A stretch of DNA of 64,000 nt from Bacteroidota bacterium. Lineage in GTDB: Bacteria; Bacteroidota; Bacteroidia; Bacteroidales; GCA-2748055. The stretch lies in the NCBI GenBank assembly GCA_043797815.1, contig JAZDPG010000107.1, forward strand, positions 5,252 through 69,251, in the 5' to 3' direction. Numbering within the stretch: the first letter of the stretch is position 1; every line of letters begins with the position of its first letter. A model generated the notes under the pieces. It searched no databases and was not told where the DNA came from. It saw nothing but the letters and a program-made list of their open reading frames with translations. Position numbers and translations under genes: made by a program. This document shows, piece after piece, positions 1 through 10,050 of this stretch.

Positions 1-344
1 AGTTTCTTGGCTGTCACCGAACAGGCCAGGGTGGCATTCACATCACCCACCACCACCACCCAGTCGGGCTTCTCGCTGATCACCACCTTTTCGAAGGCGA
101 TCATGGTATGCCCCACCTGCTCGGCATGGGTTCCCGATCCCACCTCCAGGTGAATATCGGCCGGGGGAATATTCAGCGCATCAAAAAAAGTCTGCGACAT
201 CTGGTGGTCGTAATGCTGCCCCGTGTGCACAAGGATGTGTTCCACCGGATCGGCCGACTGCCGGTTGTGTTTTTCAATGGCCCGTATAAACGGGGCGATC
301 TTCATAAAATTCGGGCGGGCGCCCACTACAGAGATAATCTTCAT
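1..344 (-). CDS. wecB: UDP-N-acetylglucosamine 2-epimerase (non-hydrolysing), 5' part; runs off the window
   Basis: Manual translation from ATG at 344: MKIISVVGARPNFMKIAP...HTGQHYD...VVVVGDVNATLA; absent from the ORF track because it is truncated. Confidence 0.9.
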   Translation of the reverse strand, partial: MKIISVVGARPNFMKIAPFIRAIEKHNRQSADPVEHILVHTGQHYDHQMSQTFFDALNIPPADIHLEVGSGTHAEQVGHTMIAFEKVVISEKPDWVVVVGDVNATLACSVTAKK

Positions 345-360
345 CAAATATATTTTGAAC

Positions 361-391
361 CAAAACTAACAAATTATTCTCATTAACTTTG
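361..391. promoter_or_regulatory. Back-to-back Bacteroidota -7 promoter elements (TAGTTTTG on - for wecB; TAACTTTG on + for manA)
   Basis: Both match the TAnnTTTG consensus, at 361-368 (-) and 384-391 (+). Confidence 0.6.
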
Positions 392-416
392 CGCGGAAAA
401 TGAACAGAGAACAATC

Positions 417-1403
417 ATGGAACAATCACTATACCCCATCCGGTTTCAGCCCATCTATAAAAAACTGATCTGGGGCGGAGAAAAACTAAGGGAGGAATAC
501 GGCAAAATTGATGCACCGGAAATGACCGGCGAGAGTTGGGAGATCTCCATGGTTGAAGACAACATTTCGTTGGTAACCAACGGATTCCTGAAGGGCAATA
601 CCCTGGAGGAGATCATCGAGATCTATATGGGAGATCTTGTGGGAGACTGGGTTTTCGAAAAATTTGGCACCTTCTTTCCCATCCTGACCAAATTCATTCA
701 CTCCAACGACTACCTGAGCATCCAGGTCCACCCGGACGACACCTATGCCATGGAGCATCATGGTGAGAACGGAAAAACCGAGATGTGGTACATCCTGGAA
801 GCAGAAAAGGATTCGAAACTGATTGTGGGATTCCGAAAAGACATGGACAAAGCCGGATTCCTGAGGAACCTGAAGGAGGGAACGCTGGTTGAGTGCATGA
901 ACTTTGAACCTGTAAAAAAGGGGGACGTGCTCTTTATGCCCACCGGCCGTGTCCATGCCCTGGGCCCCGGGATCGTACTGGCCGAGATCCAGCAAACTTC
1001 CGACATGACCTACCGGATCTATGACTGGGGGCGGACCGGTGCGGACGGAAAACCACGCGAGCTGCACATCGATCATGCACTGAATGTAATGGATTTCAAG
1101 CGGGCCGGTCAATACAAGACCGAATACAAAGCACCCTTGAACACAACTGCAACACTGGTTGATTGCCCCTACTTCACCACACAGTTTATGCAATTCGACC
1201 AGCCGGTGGAGAAAGATTACAACCTGATTGACTCATTTGTAATCTATATGTGCATGGAGGGTGACGTTGAGCTTCACTACGCGGAAGGTGAGGCTGTTGT
1301 GATGCAAAAAGGAGATTCCATCCTCATACCGGCCGTACTCAAGGAACTCCTCATCGTACCCCGGGAACAAAGTACCTTGCTCGAAATTTACATGAAACCC
1401 TGA
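417..1403 (+). CDS. manA: Mannose-6-phosphate isomerase, class I
   Basis: WGG, GESWE, LSIQVHPDD, GKTEMWY, HALG and EIQQTSD motifs. Confidence 0.9.
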   Translation: MEQSLYPIRFQPIYKKLIWGGEKLREEYGKIDAPEMTGESWEISMVEDNISLVTNGFLKGNTLEEIIEIYMGDLVGDWVFEKFGTFFPILTKFIHSNDYLSIQVHPDDTYAMEHHGENGKTEMWYILEAEKDSKLIVGFRKDMDKAGFLRNLKEGTLVECMNFEPVKKGDVLFMPTGRVHALGPGIVLAEIQQTSDMTYRIYDWGRTGADGKPRELHIDHALNVMDFKRAGQYKTEYKAPLNTTATLVDCPYFTTQFMQFDQPVEKDYNLIDSFVIYMCMEGDVELHYAEGEAVVMQKGDSILIPAVLKELLIVPREQSTLLEIYMKP

Positions 1404-1483
1404 CTTATACCAATTGAAAGTATTTATAAGTTCATATATTTGTTGCGAAATAATACGAAAGTCATTAATTTATATATCGAAAA

Positions 1484-2656
1484 TTGCACCTCATGGAATA
1501 TTTCAGTATCAGCGAAGAGAAATTGCTTAGGCTCGGAGCCCTGTTTACGGCCAGGGAAATTTGGGGCCAGCCATCCGTATGGTCGAAAACATCTGCCAAA
1601 TTTTTCAGCGAAAAAAAGGAAATAACCATGTTCAGGGATGAGATGATCAAAAAGAGCAAGAAAATCATCCTTACCGGGGCAGGCACAAGTGCCTATATCG
1701 GTTACTCGCTGGAGGGAACATTTCAAAGGCATACGGGAATCACCACTGTATCCATTCCCACCACGCACCTTGTCACCCATCCGAGAGATTACCTTGACCC
1801 GGAACTGCCCACGCTGGTTGTTTCCTTTGCCAGGTCGGGCAACAGCCCCGAAAGTGTTGCGGCGGTCAGGCTGATTGACCGGATCTGTACAAAGGTCGCA
1901 CACCTGGTGATCACCTGCGATGCAAACGGAGAGCTTGCCCGTTACCAGTCGAAGAACGACAAATTCACATTCATCCTGCCTCCCGAATCCAATGACCTGA
2001 GCCTGGCCATGACCGGCAGCTATACCAGTATGCTGCTTTCCGGCTTGCTATTCGCCCGGCTTCCTCAGACCGGTGAGCTCGACAAACAGGTGGAACTCCT
2101 CGTTGCATATGGAAACAGAATCATCCGGGATGGAAAAATCCTGAAAGAGATCGCCTCCTTACCATTCCAGAGGGCTGTGTTTCTGGGGTCCGGGCCCATG
2201 TTCGGCACATCCACCGAATCAAGCCTGAAGCTCCAGGAACTGACCGACGGCAACATCATTTGTAAAAACGATACCTACCTGGGATTCCGGCACGGACCCA
2301 GAGCTGTCATCGACGAAAATACCCTGGTGGTGTTCCTGTTCTCCTGCAAAGATTCGGTTCAGCGCTATGAGCGCGACCTGGTCCGCTCCATGCAAAAAGG
2401 CAAGAAAGCCTTCAGGCTTATCGGCGTTTCGGAAAAACCGGTGGAGGGTGTGGCCCTGGACACGGCGCTCTGCTTTTCCCAATCAGGCACAGGCATCGAC
2501 GAGGATTTCCTTTCCATTTGCAGCGTACTGCCTGCCCAGATGCTTGGTTTCTTTAAATCCATCGGGCTGGGACTGAAACCTGACAGTCCTTCGGTGAGCG
2601 GAGCCATCTCACGCGTGGTAGAGGGTGTGGTGATTTATGATACAGATGTTGCCTGA
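1484..2656 (+). CDS. agaS: AgaS-like double-SIS sugar-phosphate isomerase/deaminase
   Basis: TAREIWGQP, LTGAGTS, SFARSGNSPES, AMTGSYTSM, LKLQELTDG, GFRHGP; start may be ATG 1493; TATATTTG at 1435-1442. Confidence 0.85.
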   Translation: MHLMEYFSISEEKLLRLGALFTAREIWGQPSVWSKTSAKFFSEKKEITMFRDEMIKKSKKIILTGAGTSAYIGYSLEGTFQRHTGITTVSIPTTHLVTHPRDYLDPELPTLVVSFARSGNSPESVAAVRLIDRICTKVAHLVITCDANGELARYQSKNDKFTFILPPESNDLSLAMTGSYTSMLLSGLLFARLPQTGELDKQVELLVAYGNRIIRDGKILKEIASLPFQRAVFLGSGPMFGTSTESSLKLQELTDGNIICKNDTYLGFRHGPRAVIDENTLVVFLFSCKDSVQRYERDLVRSMQKGKKAFRLIGVSEKPVEGVALDTALCFSQSGTGIDEDFLSICSVLPAQMLGFFKSIGLGLKPDSPSVSGAISRVVEGVVIYDTDVA

Positions 2657-2671
2657 ACCGTTTAAACAGCG

Positions 2672-3937
2672 ATGAACAAAGAATTAAGAGCAAGAGCCAA
2701 AACTGCCGGTCAATCCTACCTGGATTATATCCTGGGACAACTGAATGACCTGGAGGAAAAAACGGGGATAAAAAGGACCCTTTTTGCCGCCTGTCCCAAT
2801 TCAATCACCGTACTGAAGGCATCCCTGCTGTCGGCCAAACGAAACAATGCCCCCATCAAATTTGCAGCCACGCTCAACCAGGTGGATACCGACGGGGGAT
2901 ATACCGGTTTTACCGCCCGGGAGTTTGTGGATACCATCCGCCAGGAGGCCCGGGTCATCAACTTCACCGGTCCGGTTGTCATCGCCATCGACCACGGGGG
3001 TCCCTGGCTGAAAGACAAACACCGGCTGGAGAACTGGAGCTATGAACAAACCATGGCGGCCGTGAAGGAATCCTTCGGGAAGGCCATCGATGCGGGGTAT
3101 GACCTGATCCATGTGGATCCCACAGTAGACATAACACTGGAAAAAGGAACATCCATCCGGATTGAGGTGGTGGCTGAAAGAACCATTGAGCTTATCGCGC
3201 ACTGTGAAGCCTGCCGAAGAGCAAAGGGCCACGACAAAATTGCCTACGAAGTGGGCACCGAAGAGGTGCACGGGGGACTGGCGGATATGGCTGTCTTTAA
3301 CCGTTTCCTGGAGTTGCTGCGGAAGGGGCTGGTGCAGAACGGACTGGAAGATACCTGGCCCTGTTTTGTGGTCGGAAAGGTGGGCACCGATCTGCACACC
3401 ACACTTTTTGATCCGGATGTGGCCCGTGAACTCACCGCAGCGGTACGGCCCTACGGGAGCAAAATCAAGGGACATTATTCTGACAGCGTGGACAATCCGG
3501 AACAATACCCGCTATCGGGCATGGGCGCAGCAAACATCGGTCCCGAGTTCACCGAGCGGGAATACGACGGACTGATTGAACTTACCGTTGTCGAATCTGT
3601 TTTATTGAATGAAGGCAGGCTGGCCAAAGCCTCGGGCATGAAAGAGCGCCTCCGGGAGGCTGTCATTGCGTCCGGAAGGTGGAAGAAATGGCTTATCCCG
3701 GGAGAACAGGATGATAATTTCTACGCCCTGAAGGAGGAACGGCAGGAGTGGCTTATCAAAACCGGTTGCCGCTACATCTGGGAAAATCCGGAAGTGCTTG
3801 CAGCGCGTACCAGGCTTTATGCCAACATGGCTTTGTCAGGTATAAAAGCCGAGGAGATTGTGCTGAGCCGGATCGGCCAGGCCATGGACAGGTATTTCCA
3901 TGCCTTTAACCTGGTGAATGTGACAGATCTGATTTGA
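2672..3937 (+). CDS. GatZ/KbaZ family protein (tagatose-6-phosphate 4-epimerase / aldolase accessory subunit)
   Basis: ATLNQVDTDGGYTG, DHGGP, IHVDPT, YEVGTEE, HYSD, ANIGPEFT. Confidence 0.85.
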   Translation: MNKELRARAKTAGQSYLDYILGQLNDLEEKTGIKRTLFAACPNSITVLKASLLSAKRNNAPIKFAATLNQVDTDGGYTGFTAREFVDTIRQEARVINFTGPVVIAIDHGGPWLKDKHRLENWSYEQTMAAVKESFGKAIDAGYDLIHVDPTVDITLEKGTSIRIEVVAERTIELIAHCEACRRAKGHDKIAYEVGTEEVHGGLADMAVFNRFLELLRKGLVQNGLEDTWPCFVVGKVGTDLHTTLFDPDVARELTAAVRPYGSKIKGHYSDSVDNPEQYPLSGMGAANIGPEFTEREYDGLIELTVVESVLLNEGRLAKASGMKERLREAVIASGRWKKWLIPGEQDDNFYALKEERQEWLIKTGCRYIWENPEVLAARTRLYANMALSGIKAEEIVLSRIGQAMDRYFHAFNLVNVTDLI

Positions 3938-3956
3938 TCCTGATAATCCGATTTGC

Positions 3957-4928
3957 ATGAAGGGAAAAAAAACATTTGATGTACTGGTGGTCGGAGAGCT
4001 GAACATCGACCTGATTCTCAACCATATCGGCGGATTTCCACAGATGGGAAAAGAGATCCTGGCCGGCGAAATGACCGTGACCCTGGGAAGCAGTTCAGCC
4101 ATTTTCGCCAACAACCTGAGCATCCTGGGGACAAAAGTCTCCTACCTGGGCAAGGTAGGGAAGGACCAGTTCGCTGCCCAGGTCTTCTCCGCCCTGGAAG
4201 CATCGGGAGTGGATGTAAGCCAGATCATTGCCACGCCTCATTTCCAGACCGGACTGACGGTGGCCATGAACTATGAAAACGACCGGGCCATGGTGACTTA
4301 TCCCGGGGCCATGAACGACCTTTCCATCGCCGACATCACCGATGAAGCCCTCGGAAGTGCTTCCCACATGCATGTAAGTTCGGTTTTCCTTCAGGAAGGC
4401 CTGAAGCCCGATGTGGTCATGCTTTTCAGGCGGGCCAAAGGACTGGGGCTGACCACCTCGCTCGATCCCCAGTGGGATCCCCATGAGAGATGGGATGTGG
4501 ATCTGCAGCATTTGCTGCCTTTTGTGGATGTGTTTCTTCCCAATGCGGGCGAACTGGAACAATTCACCGGCTGCAGGACCATTGAAGAGGCCCTTGCTGC
4601 CATCAGGGGTTTCTGTCACGCGGTGGTGGTGAAAAACGGTGTGGATGGCGCAGTGATGTGGGATGAGACCGGGTTGGTCAGACAGCCGGCATTTCTGAAC
4701 AGTCAGGTGGTGGATGCCATCGGGGCAGGTGACAGCTTTAATTCAGGTTTTATCCATAAATACACCCTGCACAGACCGCTTTCCGAATGTCTGGAATTTG
4801 CAGCCCTTACCGGGGCCATCAATACAACGGCTGCAGGGGGGACCTCGGCCTTTCAGAGCATGGAGCAGGTCACCGCCATAGCCGGAGAACGGTTTAACTT
4901 CAAGATAGCCTATGAAGCTGCAGAATAA
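3957..4928 (+). CDS. PfkB/ribokinase-family carbohydrate kinase
   Basis: GELNIDL, GKVGKDQF, DAIGAGDSF signature. Confidence 0.9.
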   Translation: MKGKKTFDVLVVGELNIDLILNHIGGFPQMGKEILAGEMTVTLGSSSAIFANNLSILGTKVSYLGKVGKDQFAAQVFSALEASGVDVSQIIATPHFQTGLTVAMNYENDRAMVTYPGAMNDLSIADITDEALGSASHMHVSSVFLQEGLKPDVVMLFRRAKGLGLTTSLDPQWDPHERWDVDLQHLLPFVDVFLPNAGELEQFTGCRTIEEALAAIRGFCHAVVVKNGVDGAVMWDETGLVRQPAFLNSQVVDAIGAGDSFNSGFIHKYTLHRPLSECLEFAALTGAINTTAAGGTSAFQSMEQVTAIAGERFNFKIAYEAAE

Positions 4929-5730
4929 ACTGGTGGAACTGCGCCGTGAGCGGAAAGCCATCCTGGCCGCCAACTTTTATAACCTTGAAACACTTCAGGC
5001 CATTGTGGGTGGTGCCGGCGATGCAGGTGCCCCGGTCATCCTCCAGCTGTCGGAAAGCTCCATTGACTACATCGGGCTGGACGTGGCCGTTCAAATGGCG
5101 AAAACTGCGCTCAGGATTTCAGGCGTGGAGGGTTGGCTGCATCTCGATCACGGAAGCAGCATTGCCCTGGTGCAAAGGTGCCTGGATGCAGGTTTCGATT
5201 CGGTCATGATCGATGCCAGCGAGCAATCCATGGAGAAGAATATCAGCATATCCCGGGAGGCGGTCAGACTGGCCGGATCCTACGGCGCCAACGTGGAAGC
5301 GGAACTGGGCTATATAGCCAAACTCAACCAGGCACAGGATCATTCAGGATTCACCCAGCCCGAAGATGCCAGGCGTTTCACGGAAGAAACCGGCGTGAAT
5401 GCACTGGCCGTATCCATTGGCTCCGCGCATGGTTTTTACAAAGAGGAGCCCAAACTGGACATTGAACTGCTGGGCAGGATCCGCTCGGCGGTGGACACCC
5501 CGCTGGTCCTTCACGGAAGCTCAGGAATTTCCGACACAGCCCTTGTGGAGGCCATCCGGAACGGGATCACCAAGATCAACCTGGCCACCGAGACCAAAAA
5601 CGCTTTCATGCGAAAGCTGAAGGCAGATCTGCTGGAAACCGATGAGATTGACCTGCGCGTCGTATTTCCAAGGGCCACTGAAACGGCCCGTGAACTGATT
5701 CGAAACAAGTTAAACGTAATTGCTCAATAA
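4912..5730 (+). CDS. Class II tagatose/fructose-bisphosphate aldolase (GatY/KbaY-like)
   Basis: HLDHG, SVMIDAS, VEAELG, GSAHG, LVLHGSSG, KINL. Confidence 0.9.
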   Translation: MKLQNKLVELRRERKAILAANFYNLETLQAIVGGAGDAGAPVILQLSESSIDYIGLDVAVQMAKTALRISGVEGWLHLDHGSSIALVQRCLDAGFDSVMIDASEQSMEKNISISREAVRLAGSYGANVEAELGYIAKLNQAQDHSGFTQPEDARRFTEETGVNALAVSIGSAHGFYKEEPKLDIELLGRIRSAVDTPLVLHGSSGISDTALVEAIRNGITKINLATETKNAFMRKLKADLLETDEIDLRVVFPRATETARELIRNKLNVIAQ

Positions 5731-5742
5731 ACTCCTGCCGCC

Positions 5743-6864
5743 ATGAAAAGAAAGATTCCACTCCTGCTTTTGATGTTTGTACTGCTCTCCTGCAAGCCCG
5801 GGCAGTCCGACAAAAACCAGTCTGCCACCCAAAGCCCTGAACAGGGGATTGAAACACTGGCCCTGAGCCGGTTCAGGCCGCATCCGGTCTACAACATCCC
5901 GGTCACGCACATAGAAAAGGCCGCCTTTCCGGTCACCGATATGCACTCCCACGACTATGCGGAAACCCGGGAAGAGATCGACCGCTGGGTGGAGACCATG
6001 GAGCAGTGCGGCATTGAAAAAACGGTGATCCTTTCCACGGAGACCGGTGCGGGGTTTGACGAGGTGGTAAAGAAATACGCCAGCTATCCGGAGCGCTTTG
6101 AGCTCTGGTGCGGACTCGACTATACGGGATATGACACCGATCCGCAGTGGACCGGTCATGCCATCAAAGAGCTGGAAAGATGTCACGCCCTGGGGGCAAA
6201 AGGTGTGGGTGAACTGGGTGACAAGGGACTGGGGCTGTTTTACTCAAAACCCACCGCTGCCTGGGGCCTTCACATGGACAATCCTGCCCTGAAGCCCATA
6301 TGGGAGAAGTGTGCAGAGCTGAAAATGCCGGTCAACATCCATGTGGCCGACCCCATCTGGATGTACCTGGCCATGGATTCCACCAACGACGGACTGATGA
6401 ATGCCTGGAAATGGGCGGTGGATCTTTCCAAAGAGGGGATCCTGGATCACGGCCAGCTGATGGAAACCCTGGACCGGGTGGCGGGACAGAATCCGGGGAC
6501 CACCTTTGTTGCCTGTCACTTTGCCAACTGCTCCCATGACCTGGATATACTGGCCGGTATGCTGGACAGGCACCCGAACCTGTGGGCAGACATTTCCGCC
6601 AGGTATGCCGAAACTGCCCCCATTCCCCGGCATGTGCGATCCTTCTACGAAAAGTACCGGGACCGCCTGCTGTACGGAACAGACATGGGTCCCGACCGGG
6701 AGATGTACCGGATCACCTTCCGGATCCTGGAATCGGAGGATGAGCACTTCTATGAAATCGACCAGTTTGGATACCACTGGCCCCTCAACGGCCTGGGCCT
6801 TTCCGGTGAAGTACTGGAAAAGGTTTACAACAGGAATGCATCCGCACTTTATCATTCCCTGTGA
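5743..6864 (+). CDS. Amidohydrolase_2 family lipoprotein
   Basis: Lipobox LLSC; DMHSH, INIHVAD-like, CHFAN and LYGTD metal-binding motifs. Confidence 0.8.
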   Translation: MKRKIPLLLLMFVLLSCKPGQSDKNQSATQSPEQGIETLALSRFRPHPVYNIPVTHIEKAAFPVTDMHSHDYAETREEIDRWVETMEQCGIEKTVILSTETGAGFDEVVKKYASYPERFELWCGLDYTGYDTDPQWTGHAIKELERCHALGAKGVGELGDKGLGLFYSKPTAAWGLHMDNPALKPIWEKCAELKMPVNIHVADPIWMYLAMDSTNDGLMNAWKWAVDLSKEGILDHGQLMETLDRVAGQNPGTTFVACHFANCSHDLDILAGMLDRHPNLWADISARYAETAPIPRHVRSFYEKYRDRLLYGTDMGPDREMYRITFRILESEDEHFYEIDQFGYHWPLNGLGLSGEVLEKVYNRNASALYHSL

Positions 6865-6865
6865 A

Positions 6866-8929
6866 ATGAAATCCAACAACCCGGTATGGCTGGTCCTGTT
6901 CGTGGCGGCCTCTGCCCTGCCCGGCTCGTGCGACAAACCGGTGGTGATTACCAGCGGTGATCTGAAAATCGAGTTCGACAAAAACATGTTCAGCAGGGTG
7001 AACTCCCTTCACCCCGGTACGGCTCCCTTTCAGGAGGAGTTCATGCGCACCGATTACCTGGAAACCAAAAACTTCACCACCGGCGAATTTAAAGTCACCG
7101 GGGTGCTTACCACACCGCTGGAGGGGCCGCCGGGAACCGGAGAGGAGACGCGGATCACAGGTTTTGCAGGCATGGAAGAGGTCGGTTTGCAAAAGATTGT
7201 TTCGGCCCGGACCTTTGCGGATTTCCCCAACATGGTTCTCTTTGAGGTGAGCTATGTGAACTGCGGCTTACAGCAGATCAGGGTGCAGGGGTGGACCAAC
7301 CACGGTTATCATATCAGGGCCCAGGAGACAGATCCCGGGTTCTGGAGTTTCCAGGGGAGCTCGTCGGACGCACGGGCCGACTGGGTGTTGCCCCTTGAGC
7401 CCGGATTCTTCCAGGAGAACTTCATGGGCATGAACCAGACCGACTACGGCGGCGGGATCCCGGTAAGCGATCTCTGGAGACAGGACGGGGGTCTGGCCGT
7501 GGGGCACCTGGAACCGGTTCCCAAAGAGGTCTCCCTGCCGGTGGACTACGACCTCTATTCGGGCGAGGCCCGCGTGGGTATTCAGAACAGCTGCAAGGGA
7601 GGGATTGAACTGGCCGTGGGCGATACACTGACCACGCTGCACACCTTTGTGGCGGTGCACCAGGGGGATTATTTCGAAACCCTCCGGCGCTATTCAAAGC
7701 TCATGCAGGCCGGGGGGATTGCCTTTGCCCCGTCGGAAGAGGAGGCTTTCGGGAGCATCTGGTGCGGATGGGGCTATGAAAGGCAGTTTACCACAACGGA
7801 TATTATCCAGACCCTTCCCAAGGTGAAGGAACTGGGGATCAGATGGGCTGTGATCGATGACGGGTTTCAGATTGCCGAGGGCGACTGGCGTGTGGATACC
7901 CGGAGATTCCCGGGCGGATCGAAGGACATGAAAAAGATGGTGGATGCCATTCACAGCTACGGACTCAGGGCCAAGCTGTGGTGGGCACCCCTGGCCGCCG
8001 ATCCCGGAAGCAGGGTGCTCCTGGAGCATCCCGATGCGCTTCTCATCAACGAGGCAGGGGCGCCCCAGTACATTACCTGGTGGAACAGCTATTACCTTTC
8101 ACCGGCCAGCGGGGCCACCATGACCCACACCCTGGAGACCCTGAAGATGTTCCTGGAGGAGTGGGGGTTCGACGGACTGAAGATGGACGGTCAGCACATG
8201 AATGCGGTACCGGCCGATTACAACTGGGAACGCCCCCTGGAATACCCGGAGAAGTCCATTGAGATGCTTCCCGGCTTCTTCAAAACCGTGTATGAATCGG
8301 CCCGGGAAATGAAGCCCCATGCGGTGATCGAAAACTGTCCCTGCGGCACCTGCATGTCCTTTTACAACATGCCCTACGTCAACCAGGTGGTTTCTTCCGA
8401 TCCCACCAGCAGCTGGCAGATCAGGCTGAAGGGAAAAACCTACAAAGCCATCATGCCCCAGACTGCCTATTACGGCGACCATGTGGAACTGAGCGACAAT
8501 GGTTCCGATTTTGCAAGCTCCTTCGGGACCGGTGCCGTGCTGGGGACCAAGTTTACCTGGCCCGCCGACAACCCCCACCAGGAGGAAAGCCAGCTGCTTA
8601 CCCCGGAAAAGGAGAAGATCTGGCATAAGTGGTTCAGTCTCTACGACCGGATGATGCTCTCCAGGGAACAATACCTGGGTGAACTGTACGATATCGGTTA
8701 CGACAAACCCGAAACCCATGTGATCGCCCGGGGCGATACCCTTTACTACGCATTTTACAATCAAAACTGGGATGGAAACATCACTTTGCGTGGATTACAT
8801 GAAAGCAAAGATTACAAGGCATTTGACTATGTGAATGAGCGGGAAATAGCCTCTTTCCCGGGAAATAATCCGGTGATTCATACAACATTCAGCAATTACC
8901 TGTTGTTAGAGGTATATCCGGATCATTAA
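6866..8929 (+). CDS. GH36-family alpha-galactosidase/alpha-N-acetylgalactosaminidase, putative lipoprotein
   Basis: Start re-called at ATG 6866 (signal peptide MKSNNPVWLVLFVAASALPGSC); WCGWG, VIDDGFQ, GLKMDG, IENCPCG, SSDP. Confidence 0.85.
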   Translation: MKSNNPVWLVLFVAASALPGSCDKPVVITSGDLKIEFDKNMFSRVNSLHPGTAPFQEEFMRTDYLETKNFTTGEFKVTGVLTTPLEGPPGTGEETRITGFAGMEEVGLQKIVSARTFADFPNMVLFEVSYVNCGLQQIRVQGWTNHGYHIRAQETDPGFWSFQGSSSDARADWVLPLEPGFFQENFMGMNQTDYGGGIPVSDLWRQDGGLAVGHLEPVPKEVSLPVDYDLYSGEARVGIQNSCKGGIELAVGDTLTTLHTFVAVHQGDYFETLRRYSKLMQAGGIAFAPSEEEAFGSIWCGWGYERQFTTTDIIQTLPKVKELGIRWAVIDDGFQIAEGDWRVDTRRFPGGSKDMKKMVDAIHSYGLRAKLWWAPLAADPGSRVLLEHPDALLINEAGAPQYITWWNSYYLSPASGATMTHTLETLKMFLEEWGFDGLKMDGQHMNAVPADYNWERPLEYPEKSIEMLPGFFKTVYESAREMKPHAVIENCPCGTCMSFYNMPYVNQVVSSDPTSSWQIRLKGKTYKAIMPQTAYYGDHVELSDNGSDFASSFGTGAVLGTKFTWPADNPHQEESQLLTPEKEKIWHKWFSLYDRMMLSREQYLGELYDIGYDKPETHVIARGDTLYYAFYNQNWDGNITLRGLHESKDYKAFDYVNEREIASFPGNNPVIHTTFSNYLLLEVYPDH

Positions 8930-9086
8930 GACGGCCCATGAAAATAAGCGTACGAAAGATTTTTTTAAAATTAAATAACCAAAAAAAAGCTTACTGCTTT
9001 TTAAAATCTCTCTTATATTTAAAGTCAGAATTGCAAAACATGCCCCGACAATAATAAAGACATTTGCAAACTTCAAATTTAATCCT

Positions 9087-9974
9087 ATGAAAAAGAACCG
9101 AATCGTTATTGTTGCCGCTGCAGCTCTTGTTGTGGCTGCGCTGGCCTTTGTCTCCTGTTCGGAAGACCCGGTAATGCCATCTCCCGATTTCACCTTTGTG
9201 ATCGCAGACAAGACTGTGACCTTTACCAATACATCCACTGATGCCACTTCCTATTCATGGGACTTTGATGATGGCGAAACATCAACGGATGAAAACCCTG
9301 TCCATACCTATACGGCATATGGCGACTATGATGTGCGCCTGACAGCCACCAACGCAGATGGTTCAGAGATTAAGAAAACAACCATTTCGGTTGTGAAAGA
9401 ATGGCCCGTTATTGCCATTGACGGTGATTTCAGCGACTGGGAAGCTGTTCCAAGCCTTTACAGCGGGTACGGTGATGCATCAGGAACATTGTCGGAAGCC
9501 AAGGTTACTTCCGATGCTGCCGGTTCAAAACTCTACATCTATCTGAAAGGAACCATGAATGCCGGTTTCCCGGTGGTCCAGGTGATGATCAATGCGGACG
9601 GTGACTCACTGACCGGCTGGAAAATCCCCGACTACAAATCATGTGGTGCGGAATATCAGTTTGAGTATTATGTGATGGACCTCTGGGGTGGTGCCTACTC
9701 CTGGAACGACAGTCCCGATGTTCAGGACTGGCCCTGGGTGGATGACATCACCGCCGATCCGGAAAACGGGGATATTACCGAATCATCGGGTGTGATCGGC
9801 GAAACAGAGATCGAATTCGTCATTGAAACTTCCCTGATGAAGAATCCGGTACTTGCCGATGAAATCGGTATCTACTTCTGGGCGCAGCCCGAGGACTGGT
9901 CCGTCACATCCGGAGCACTGCCCCCGCTGTTTGCCGAACCCCTGGCTGATGTTAAATTTTTCAGTTTTCAATAG
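9087..9974 (+). CDS. PKD-domain surface lipoprotein, possibly glycan-binding
   Basis: Lipobox FVSC followed by acidic residues; PKD motif SYSWDFDDG...NPVHTY; IDGDFSDW. Confidence 0.75.
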   Translation: MKKNRIVIVAAAALVVAALAFVSCSEDPVMPSPDFTFVIADKTVTFTNTSTDATSYSWDFDDGETSTDENPVHTYTAYGDYDVRLTATNADGSEIKKTTISVVKEWPVIAIDGDFSDWEAVPSLYSGYGDASGTLSEAKVTSDAAGSKLYIYLKGTMNAGFPVVQVMINADGDSLTGWKIPDYKSCGAEYQFEYYVMDLWGGAYSWNDSPDVQDWPWVDDITADPENGDITESSGVIGETEIEFVIETSLMKNPVLADEIGIYFWAQPEDWSVTSGALPPLFAEPLADVKFFSFQ

Positions 9975-9999
9975 GCAATTCTTCACCGGTTGAAAGAAC

Positions 10000-10035
10000 A
10001 AAAATGCTGCCCGAACATTCCGGGCAGCATTTTTT
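10000..10035. terminator. Intrinsic (bidirectional-type) terminator
   Basis: AAAAATGCTGCCCG-aacattc-CGGGCAGCATTTTT perfect stem with a T tract. Confidence 0.85.
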
Positions 10036-10050
10036 ATACCAGTTAAGCCC

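Noticed and set aside
108-386. 92-aa + strand ORF
   Set aside because: Antisense to the truncated wecB gene
6506-6865. N-terminal 120 aa of the 807-aa ORF
   Set aside because: Overlaps the amidohydrolase in another frame; the real signal peptide starts at ATG 6866
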